DNA of 64,000 bases from Eledone cirrhosa. Its lineage: Eukaryota. Shown here piece by piece: positions 29,456 to 40,700 of the stretch. The notes under the pieces are model-generated. The model was given only the letters and a program-made list of their open reading frames with translations. It ran no database searches and was not told where the DNA came from. How positions within the stretch are numbered: the stretch's first letter is position 1; the number at the start of each line of letters is the position of its first letter. The position numbers and the translations under genes were made by a program. The stretch is taken from assembly GCA_964016885.1 (NCBI GenBank), contig OZ024741.1, positions 25,172,001-25,236,000 on the forward strand, in the 5' to 3' direction.

Positions 29456-30217
29456 TTTCCAATAAAAGACTGCCTTGTTGAGCACTACATATATACTTAG
29501 AGAATATCTTGAGCCATTAAACCTTGAATCACTGTTCTCCAACAAAAGACTGCATTGTTGAGCACTACATATATACATAGAGAATATCTTGAGCCATTAA
29601 ACCTTGAATCACTGTTCTCCAACAAAAGACTGCATTGTTGAGCACTACATATATACATAGAGAATATCTTGAGCCAATAAACCTTGAATCACTGTTCTCC
29701 AGCAAAAGACTGCTTTGTTGAGCACTACATATATACATAGAGAACATCTTGAGCCAAGAAACATTGAATCACTGTTATCCAACAAAAGACTGCTTTGTTG
29801 AGCACTAAATATATACATAGAGAATATCTTGAGCCATTAAACCTTGAATCACTGTTCTCCAGCCAAAGACTGCTTTGTTGAACACTAAATATATACATAG
29901 AGAATATCTTGAGCGATTAAACCTTGAATTACTGTTCTCCAGCAAAAGACTGCTTTGTTGAACACTACATATATACATAGAGAACATCTTGAGCCAAGAA
30001 ACCTTGAATCACTGCTCTCCAACAATAGACTGCTTTGTTGAACACTACATATATACATAGAGAATATCTTGAGCCATTAAACCTTGAATCACTGTTCTCC
30101 AGCAAAAGACTGCTTTGTTGAACACTACATATATACATAGAGAATATCTTGAGCCAATAAACCTTGAATCACTGCTCTCCAAAAAAAGACTGCCTTGAGC
30201 ACTACATATATACTCAG
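29456..30217. repeat. 80-bp minisatellite, about 9.4 copies
   Basis: Unit AACAAAAGACTGC(A/T)TTGTTGAGCACTACATATATACATAGAGAATATCTTGAGCCATTAAACCTTGAATCACTGTTCTCC starts at 29461, 29541, 29621, 29701, 29781, 29861, 29941, 30021 and 30101, with a partial copy at 30181. Confidence 0.98.
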
Positions 30218-30339
30218 AAAAGTGTTGTCTTTCTAAGGTCCTTGTTGAGACTCAACAGATAGAAAATCCAAGAATCATATTTATTGTGTGAACCAACAAT
30301 GTTTCCTGTCTTTAATTTTGTTTTCTTTATATTTTTCAG

Positions 30340-30401
30340 CCCCGATACTAACTGAAGTTAAAGAAGAATATTTTATCCCAAAGATGACAGGACTAGATTA
30401 G
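30340..30401 (+). CDS. Possible short terminal coding exon of an unidentified host gene (speculative)
   Basis: A polypyrimidine tract and acceptor TTTTGTTTTCTTTATATTTTTCAG ends at 30339. The only open phase reads xPILTEVKEEYFIPKMTGLD* (TAG 30399-30401). AATAAA occurs at 30403 and 30523, followed by T/GT-rich sequence. No homology recognised. Confidence 0.25.
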
Positions 30402-30577
30402 AAATAAAGGATACTTTTATAGTTTATCTTATATAACATATATAATATTGTTTTATAACATTTTGAGATGATGGCATCAATCTTTCTTTGATTGGTGACA
30501 AAATCCAGTGAATATTATTTGAAATAAAATTTTGGTTTTCTGCAATCTCTCTCATTTTGATTTTTTGCTTTCAGTGT

Positions 30578-30592
30578 TTGTTGTTGTTGTTG
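30578..30592. repeat. (TTG)5 microsatellite
   Basis: TTGTTGTTGTTGTTG read directly. Confidence 0.8.
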
Positions 30593-30616
30593 CAATTGTT
30601 ATCATTGTTATATAAG

Positions 30617-30813
30617 GGCGGTGGATTGGCAGTATCGGTAGAGGGTCGGACGCCATGCTTTGACGTATAGAGTAACAGCCCTTGCCATTCTGAGTTCAAA
30701 TCTTGCCGAGATTAACTTTGCCTTTCATCCTTACGAGGTCTATAAAATAAAGTACCAGTAATGTACTGGGATAATTGCTGGCCTTGTGCCAAAAGTAGAA
30801 ACAATTATTATTA
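30617..30813 (+). mobile_element. tRNA-derived SINE, copy 1, with an internal deletion
   Basis: A-box-like TGGCAGTATCGG (30627-30638), B-box GTTCAAATC (30694-30702), central GCCTTTCATCCTTACGAGGTCTATAAAATAAAGTACCAGT, 3' GGCCTTGTGCCAAAAGTAGAAAC and an (ATT)n tail. It is colinear with the second copy at 31294-31509. Confidence 0.88.
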
Positions 30814-30820
30814 ATATTAA

Positions 30821-31293
30821 CTAGCAGAAAAACGACCCTTCGGGTGGTTTTCTGCTAGCAAGTGTAGTGTATATATTGATATTATACAGAAGTATATATA
30901 CATGTAGGTATGATACATCAAATAAAATCGTAATTGACAATATACACAGAAATTGAACGCAGACTGCGTTACACTGTCTTATGTAATCAGTAACGTAATT
31001 CATGATACATTAAAAAAATATATTATATATAAACTGCATTAGGAGAAAATTAGTGACGGAAATATATGAATATTTATTTAAGTGATCGCTAACCGGAAGT
31101 TGATATTTGAAAATTTTAGTGAATCTTTAAATAAACAACAAAATATCTTTAATCAACAGCTACGAAATTTAGTAGATAAATTATGTAATATTCATTCATT
31201 GTTTATTCAAAGTAATCCAACTTATTTTACTAATGGGATAAAAAATTATAAACCGTACGCAGTCCCGCACTTCTTACTTCATTATACTTTAGA
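30821..31293 (-). mobile_element. Probable non-autonomous Helitron, about 473 bp
   Basis: The minus strand starts A|TCTAAAGTATAATG (31293) and ends in a GC hairpin ACCCGAAGGGT, then 11 nt, then CTAG|T (30821). This gives a TC 5' end, subterminal hairpin, CTRR 3' end, A|T insertion site and no TSD. The interior is AT-rich and non-coding. The 3' end is better supported than the 5' end. Confidence 0.62.
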
Positions 31294-31509
31294 TTGGCAG
31301 CATCAGTAAAGCATTGGTCAACATGCTTTATTGTATAGAGTTACGTCCTTTTATGCTCTGTGTTCAAATCCCGCCGACGTTAGCTTTACCTTTCATCCTT
31401 GCAGGGGTCGATAAAATAAGTACCAGTAATGTACTGGGGTCAGTTCAATCGACTTTCCTCTCCCAAAATTGTTGGCCGTGTGCCTAAATCAGAAACCATT
31501 ATTATTATT
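31294..31509 (+). mobile_element. tRNA-derived SINE, copy 2, lacking about the first 10 nt
   Basis: A-box-like TGGCAGCATCAG (31295), B-box GTTCAAATCC (31362), central ACCTTTCATCCTTGCAGGGGTCGATAAAATAAGTACCAGTAATGTACTGGGGTC, 3' GGCCGTGTGCCTAAATCAGAAAC and an (ATT)4 tail. Confidence 0.9.
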
Positions 31510-31744
31510 GTTTTTATTTACATTGAACATCTACATACTGCTTCTGAAAGCTGGTTGTTTTTACCTGTTATGAAAATCTATTTTGTTTCAATTTTTGAAT
31601 ATTTCTATATCAAGGCTGTTTTACCCTTATCTTTGGTCCCTAAACGGCTTAAGTTGCATTTGTCTCTCACGAATGGTTTCAACAAGCAGAAGAAAAGGGA
31701 GACCAGTGATGTCACTACTGTCATTACCTCCACTAGAGACATCA

Positions 31745-34700
31745 CCAACAACAGCAACAGGAGTTAAAACAGTAGTGGTATCAACAACAATAGTAGTGGT
31801 ACCAACAACAGTAGTGGTACCAACAACAGTAGTGGTACCAACAACAACAGTAGTGGTACCAACAACAACAACAGTAGTGGTACCAACAACAAGAGTAGGG
31901 GTACCAACAACAACAGTAGTGGTACCAACAACAGTAGTACCAACAACAGTAGTGGTACCAACAACAACAGTATTGGTACCCACAACAATATTAGTGGTAG
32001 CAACAACAGTAGTGGTACCAACAACAGCAGTGGTACCAACAACAACAACAGTAGTGGTACCAACAACAACAACAGTAGTGGTACCAACAACAGTAGTGGT
32101 ACCAACAACAGTAGTGGTACCAACAACAGTAGTGGTACCAACAACAGTAGTGGTACCAACAACAGCAGTGGTACCAACAACAACAGTAGTGGTACCAACA
32201 ACAACAGTAGTGGTACCAACAACAACAACAGTAGTGGTACCAACAACAACAGTAGTGGTACCAACAACAACAACAGTAGTGGTACCAACAACAACAGTAG
32301 TGGTACCAACAACAGTAGTGGTACCAACACTAATAGTAGTGGTACCAACAACAACAGTAGTGGTACCAACAACAACAGTAGTGGTACCAACAACAGCATT
32401 GGTACCAACAACAACAGTAGTGGTACCAACTACAGTAGTGGTACCAACAACAGTAGTGGTACCAACAACAACAGTAGTGGTACCAACAACAGCATTGGTA
32501 CCTACAACAGTAGTGGTACCAACAACAGTAGTAGTACCAACAACAACAGTAGTGGTACCAACAACAGTAGTGGTACAAACAACAACAACAGTAGTGGTAC
32601 CAACAACAGTAGTGGTACCAACAACAACAGTAGTGGTACCAACAACAACAGTAGTAGTACCAACAACAACAGTAATGGTACCAACAACAACAGTAGTGGT
32701 ACCAACAACAACAGTAGTGGTACCAACAACAGTAGTGGTACCAACAACAACAACAGTAGTGGTACCAACAACAACAGTAGTGGTACCAACAACAACAGTA
32801 GTGGTACCAACAACAACAGTAGTGGTACCAACAACAGTAGTGGTACCAACAACAACAACAGTAGTGGTACCAACAACAACAGTAGTGGTACCAACAACAA
32901 CAGTAGTGGTACCAACAACAACAGTAGTGGTACCAACAACAGTAGTGGTACCAACAACAACAACAGTAGTGGTACCAACAACAGTAGTGGTACCAACAAC
33001 AGTAGTGGTACAAACAACAACAACAGTAGTGGTACCAACAACAGTAGTGGTACCAACAACAACAGTAGTGGTACCAACAACAACAGTAGTAGTACCAACA
33101 ACAACAGGAATGGTACCAACAACAACAGTAGTGGTACCAACAACAGTAGTGGTACCAACAACAGTAGTGGTACCAACAACAACAGTAGTGGTACCAACAA
33201 CAGTAGTGGTACCAACAACAACAGTAGTGGTACCAACAACAACAGTAGTGGTACCAACAACAATAACAGTAGTGATACCAACAACAACAGTAGTGGTACC
33301 AACAACAGTAGTGGTACCAACAACAACAGTAGTAGTACCAACAACAACAGTAGTGGTACCAACAACAGTAGTGGTACCAACAACAGTAGTGGTACCAACA
33401 ACAGTAGTGGTACCAACAACAGTAGTGGTACCAACAACAGTAGTGGTACCAACAACAACAGTAGTGGTACCAACAACAACAGTAGTGGTACCAACAACAA
33501 TAGTAGTGGTACCAACAACAGTAGTGGTACCAACAACAACAGTAGTAGTACCAACAACAACAACAGTAGTGGTACCAACAACAACAGTAGTGGTACCAAC
33601 AACAGTAGTGGTACCAACAACAACAGTAGTAACAACAACAACAGTAGTGGTACCAACAACAGTAGTGGTACCAACAACAACAGTAGTGGTACCAACAACA
33701 GTAGTGGTACCAACAACAACAGTAGTGGTACCAACAACAACAGTAGTACCAACAACAACAGTAGTGGTACCAACAACAACAGTAGTGGTACCAACAACAA
33801 CAGTAGTGGTACCAACAACAACAGTAGTGGTACCAACAACAACAGTAGTGGTACCAACAACAACAGTAGTACCAACAACAACAGTAGTGGTACCAACAAC
33901 AGTAGTGGTACCAACAACAACAGTAGTGGTACCAACAACAGTAGTGGTACCAACAACAACAGTAGTGGTACCAACAACAACAGTAGTGGTACCAACAACA
34001 ACAGTAGTGGTACCAACAACAACAGTAGTGGTACCAACAACAACAGTAGTACCAACAACAACAGTAGTGGTACCAACAACAACAGTAGTGGTACCAACAA
34101 CAACAGTAGTGGTACCAACAACAACAGTAGTGGTACCAACAACAACAGTAGTGGTACCAACAACAACAGTAGTGGTACCAACAACAGTAGTGGTACCATA
34201 ACAACAGTAGTGGTACCAACAACAGTAGTGGTACCAACAACAACAGTAGTGGTACCAACAACAACAGTAGTGGTACCAACAACAACAGTAGTGGTACCAA
34301 CAACAACAGTAGTGGTACCAACAACAACAGTAGTGCTACCAACAACAACAGTAGTGGTACCAACAACAACAGTAGTACCAACAACAACAGTAGTGGTACC
34401 AACAACAGTAGTGGTACCAACAACAACAGTAGTGGTACCAACAACAGTAGTGGTACCAACAACAACAGTAGTGGTACCAACAACAACAGTAGTGGTACCA
34501 ACAACAACAGTAGTACCAACAACAACAGTAGTGGTACCAACAACAGTAGTGGTACCAACAACAACAGTAGTGGTACCAACAACAGTAGTGGTACCAACAA
34601 CAACAGTAGTGGTACCAACAACAACAGTAGTGGTACCAACAACAACAGTAGTACCAACAACAACAGTAGTGGTACCAACAACAGTAGTGGTACCAACAAC

Positions 34701-37700
34701 AACAGTAGTGGTACCAACAACAGTAGTGGTACCAACAACAACAGTAGTGGTACCAACAACAACAGTAGTGGTACCAACAACAACAGTAGTACAAACAACA
34801 ACAGTAGTGGTACCAACAACAGTAGTGGTACCAACAACAACAGTAGTGGTACCAACAACAGTAGTGGTACCAACAACAACAGTAGTGGTACCAACAACAA
34901 CAGTAGTGGTACCAACAACAACAGTAGTGGTACCAACAACAACAGTAGTGGTACCAACAACAACAGCAGTGGTACCAACAACAACAGTAGTGGTACCAAC
35001 AACAGTAGTGGTACCAACAACAACAGTAGTGGTACCAACAACAGTAGTGGTACCAACAACAACAGTAGTGGTACCAACAACAGTAGTGGTACCAACAACA
35101 ACAGTAGTGGTACCAACAACAAGAGTAGTGGTACCAACAACAACAGTAGTGGTACCAGCAACAGTAGAGTACCAACAACAACAGTAGTGGCACCAACAAC
35201 AACAGTAGTGGTACTAACAACAGTAGTGGTACCAACAACAACAGTAGTGGTACCAACAACAACAGTAGTGGTACCAACAACAACAGTAGTGGTACCAACA
35301 ACAACAGTAGTGGTACCAACAACAGCAGTGGTACCAACAACAACAGTAGTGGTACGAACAACAGTAGTGGTCCCAACAACAGCAGTGGTACCAACAACAA
35401 CAGTAGTGGTACCAACAACAGTAGCGGTACCAACAACAACAGTAGTGGTACCAACAACAACAGTAGAGTACCAACAACAACAGTAGTGGTACCAACAACA
35501 ACAGTAGTGGTACCAACAACAACAGTAGTGGTACCAACAACAGTAGTGGTACCAACAACAACAGTAGTGGTACCAACAACAACAGTAGTGGTACCAACAA
35601 CAACAGTAGTGGTACCAACAACAACAGTAGTGCTACCAACAACAACAGTAGTGGTACGAACAACAACAGTAGTGGCACCAACAACAACAGTAGTGGTACG
35701 AACAACAACAGTAGTGGTACCAACAACAACAGTAGTGGTACCAACAACAACAGTAGTGGTACCAACAACAACAGTAGTGGTACCAACAACAACAGTAGTG
35801 CTACCAACAACAACAGTAGTGGTACCAACAACAACAGTAGTGGTACCAACAACAACAGTAGTGGTACCAACAACAACAGTAGTACCAACAACAACAGTAG
35901 TGGTACCAACAACAGTAGTGGTACCAACAACAACAGTAGTGGTACCAACAACAGTAGTGGTACCAACAACAACAGTAGTGGTACCAACAACAACAGTAGT
36001 GGTACCAACAACAACAGTAGTACCAACAACAACAGTAGTGGTACCAACAACAGTAGTGGTACCAACAACAACAGTAGTGGTACCAACAACAGTAGTGGTA
36101 CCAACAACAACAGTAGTGGTACCAACAACAACAGTAGTGGTACCAACAACAACAGTAGTACCAACAACAACAGTAGTGGTACCAACAACAGTAGTGGTAC
36201 CAACAACAACAGTAGTGGTACCAACAACAGTAGTGGTACCAACAACAACAGTAGTGGTATCAACAACAACAGTAGTGGTACCAACAACAACAGTAGTACA
36301 AACAACAACAGTAGTGGTACCAACAACAGTAGTGGTACCAACAACAACAGTAGTGGTACCAACAACAGTAGTGGTACCAACAACAACAGTAGTGGTACCA
36401 ACAACAACAGTAGTGGTACCAACAACAACAGTAGTGGTACCAACAACAACAGTAGTGGTACCAACAACAACAGCAGTGGTACCAACAACAACAGTAGTGG
36501 TACCAACAACAGTAGTGGTACCAACAACAACAGTAGTGGTACCAACAACAGTAGTGGTACCAACAACAACAGTAGTGGTACCAACAACAGTAGTGGTACC
36601 AACAACAACAGTAGTGGTACCAACAACAAGAGTAGTGGTACCAACAACAACAGTAGTGGTACCAGCAACAGTAGAGTACCAACAACAACAGTAGTGGCAC
36701 CAACAACAACAGTAGTGGTACTAACAACAGTAGTGGTACCAACAACAACAGTAGTGGTACCAACAACAACAGTAGTGGTACCAACAACAACAGTAGTGGT
36801 ACCAACAACAACAGTAGTGGTACCAACAACAGCAGTGGTACCAACAACAACAGTAGTGGTACGAACAACAGTAGTGGTCCCAACAACAGCAGTGGTACCA
36901 ACAACAACAGTAGTGGTACCAACAACAGTAGCGGTACCAACAACAACAGTAGTGGTACCAACAACAACAGTAGAGTACCAACAACAACAGTAGTGGTACC
37001 AACAACAACAGTAGTGGTACCAACAACAACAGTAGTGGTACCAACAACAGTAGTGGTACCAACAACAACAGTAGTGGTACCAACAACAACAGTAGTGGTA
37101 CCAACAACAACAGTAGTGGTACCAACAACAGTAGAGTACCAACAACAACAGTAGTGGCACCAACAACAACAGTAGTGGTACGAACAACAACAGTAGTGGT
37201 CCCAACAACAGCAGTGGTACCAACAACAACAGTAGTGGTACCAACAACAGTAGTGGTACTAACAACAGTAGTGGTACCAACAACAACAGTAGTGGTACCA
37301 ACAACAACAGTAGTGGTACCAACAACAACAGTAGTGGTACCAACAACAACAGTAGTGGTACCAACAACAGCAGTGGTACCAACAACAACAGTAGTGGTAC
37401 GAACAACAGTAGTGGTCCCAACAACAACAGTAGTGGTACTAACAACAGTAGTGGTACCAACAACAACAGTAGTGGTACCAACAACAACAGTAGTGGTACC
37501 AACAACAACAGTAGTGGTACCAACAACAGCAGTGGTACCAACAACAACAGTAGTGGTACCAACAACAGTAGCGGTACCAACAACAACAGTAGTGGTACGA
37601 ACAACAACAGTAGTGGTCCCAACAACAGCAGTGGTACCAACAACAACAGTAGTGGTACCAACAACAGTAGTGGTACCAACAACAACAGTAGTGGTACCAA

Positions 37701-40700
37701 CAACAACAGTAGTGGTACCAACAACAACAACAGTAGTGGTACCAACAACAGTAGTGGTACCAACAACAGTAGTGGTACCAACTACAGTAGTGGTACCAAC
37801 AACAGTAGTGGTACCAACAACAGTAGCGGTACCAACAACAGTAGTGGTACCAACAACAGTAGCGGTACCAACAACAGTAGTGGTACCAACAACAGTAGTG
37901 GTACCAACAACAACAGTAGTGGTACCAACAACAACAACAGTAGTGGTACCAACAACAGTAGTGGTACCAACAACAGTAGTGGTACCATCAACAGTAGTGG
38001 TACCAACTACAGTAGTGGTACCAACAACAACAGTAGCGGTACCAACAACAGTAGTGGTACCAACAACAACAGTAGTGGTACCAACAACAGTAGTGGTACC
38101 AACAACAACAGTAGTGGTACCAACAACAACAGTAGTGGTACCAACAACAACAGTAGTGGTACCAACAACAACAGTAGTGGTACCAACAACAAGAGTAGTG
38201 GTACCAACAACAGTAGTGGTACCAACAACAACAGTAGTGGTACCAACAACAGTAGTGGTACCAACAACAACAGTAGTGGTACCAACAACAACAGTAGTGG
38301 TACCAACAACAACAGTAGTGGTACCAACAACAACAGTAGTGGTACCAACAACAACAGTAGTGGTACCAACAACAACAGTAGTGGTACCAACAACAACAGT
38401 AGTGGTACCAACAACAACAGTAGTACCAACAACAACAGTAGTGGTACCAACAACAGTAGTGGTACCAACAACAACAGTAGTGGTACCAACAACAGTAGTG
38501 GTACCAACAACAACAGTAGTGGTACCAACAACAACAGTAGTGGTACCAACAACAACAGTAGTACCAACAACAACAGTAGTGGTACCAACAACAGTAGTGG
38601 TACCAACAACAACAGTAGTGGTACCAACAACAGTAGTGGTACCAACAACAGTAGTGGTACCAACAACAACAGTAGTGGTACCAACAACAACAGTAGTGGT
38701 ACCAACAACAACAGTAGTGGTACCAACAACAACAGTAGTGGTACCAACAACAGTAGTGGTACCAACAACAACAGTAGTGGTACCAACAACAACAGTAGTG
38801 GTACCAACAACAACAGTAGTGGTACCAACAACAACAGTAGTGGTACCAACAACAACAGCAGTGGTACCAACAACAACAGTAGTGGTACCAACAACAGTAG
38901 TGGTACCAACAACAACAGTAGTGGTACCAACAACAGTAGTGGTACCAACAACAACAGTAGTGGTACCAACAACAGTAGTGGTACCAACAACAACAGTAGT
39001 GGTACCAACAACAACAGTAGTGGTACCAACAACAACAGTAGTGGTACCAACAACAACAGTAGTGGTACCAACAACAACAGTAGTGGTACCAACAACAACA
39101 GTAGTGGTACCAACAACAGTAGTGGTACCAACAACAACAGTAGTGGTACCAACAACAACAGTAGTGGTACCAACAACAACAGTAGTGGTACCAACAACAA
39201 CAGTAGTGGTACCAACAACAACAGTAGTGGTACCAACAACAGTAGTGGTACCAACAACAACAGTAGTGGTACCAACAACAGTAGTGGTACCAACAACAAC
39301 AGTAGTGGTACCAACAACAACAGTAGTGGTACCAACAACAACAGTAGTGGTACCAACAACAACAGTAGTGGTACCAACAACAACAGTAGTGCTACCAACA
39401 ACAACAGTAGTGGTACCAACAACAACAGTAGTGGTACCAACAACAACAGTAGTGGTACCAACAACAACAGTAGTACCAACAACAACAGTAGTGGTACCAA
39501 CAACAGTAGTGGTACCAACAACAACAGTAGTGGTACCAACAACAGTAGTGGTACCAACAACAACAGTAGTGGTACCAACAACAACAGTAGTGGTACCAAC
39601 AACAACAGTAGTACCAACAACAACAGTAGTGGTACCAACAACAGTAGTGGTACCAACAACAACAGTAGTGGTACCAACAACAGTAGTGGTACCAACAACA
39701 ACAGTAGTGGTACCAACAACAACAGTAGTGGTACCAACAACAACAGTAGTACCAACAACAGCAGTAGTGGTACCAACAACAGTAGTGGTACCAACAACAA
39801 CAGTAGTGGTACCAACAACAGTAGTGGTACCAACAACAACAGTAGTGGTACCAACAACAACAGTAGTACAAACAACAACAGTAGTGGTACCAACAACAGT
39901 AGTGGTACCAACAACAACAGTAGTGGTACCAACAACAGTAGTGGTACCAACAACAACAGTAGTGGTACCAACAACAACAGTAGTGGTACCAACAACAACA
40001 GTAGAGCTACCAACAACAACAGTAGTGGTACCAACAACAACAGCAGTGGTACCAACAACAACAGTAGTGGTACCAACAACAGTAGTGGTACCAACAACAA
40101 CAGTAGTGGTACCAACAACAGTAGTGGTACCAACAACAACAGTAGTGGTACCAACAACAGTAGTGGTACCAACAACAACAGTAGTGGTACCAACAACAAC
40201 AGTAGTGGTACCAACAACAACAGTAGTGGTACCAGCAACAGTAGAGTACCAACAACAACAGTAGTGGCACCAACAACAACAGTAGTGGTACGAACAACAA
40301 CAGTAGTGGTCCCAACAACAACAGTGGTACCAACAACAACAGTAGTGGTACCAACAACAGTAGTGGTACTAACAACAGTAGTGGTACCAACAACAACAGT
40401 AGTGGTACCAACAACAACAGTAGTGGTACCAACAACAACAGTAGTGGTACCAACAACAACAGTAGTGGTACCAACAACAACAGTAGTGGTACCAACAACA
40501 GCAGTGGTACCAACAACAACAGTAGTGGTACGAAAAACAGTAGTGGTCCCAACAACAGCAGTGGTACCAACAACAACAGTAGTGGTACCAACAACAGTAG
40601 CGGTACCAACAACAACAGTAGTGGTACCAACAACAACAGTAGAGTACCAACAACAACAGTAGTGGTACCAACAACAACAGTAGTGGTACCAACAACAACA

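Noticed and set aside
29565-29987. Two 60-aa minus-strand ORFs
   Set aside because: They are translations of the 80-bp minisatellite.
30821-30858. Rho-independent terminator
   Set aside because: The context is eukaryotic with no upstream gene, and the hairpin plus CTAG fits a Helitron end better.
30627-31371. tRNA genes suggested by A and B boxes
   Set aside because: Box spacing is too long, no cloverleaf is evident, and both continue into a shared SINE body with an (ATT)n tail.
30821-31767. Short ORFs 30821-31003, 31082-31309 and 31429-31767
   Set aside because: They lie in AT-rich TE interiors or start within a SINE, cross element boundaries, and have no recognisable domains.
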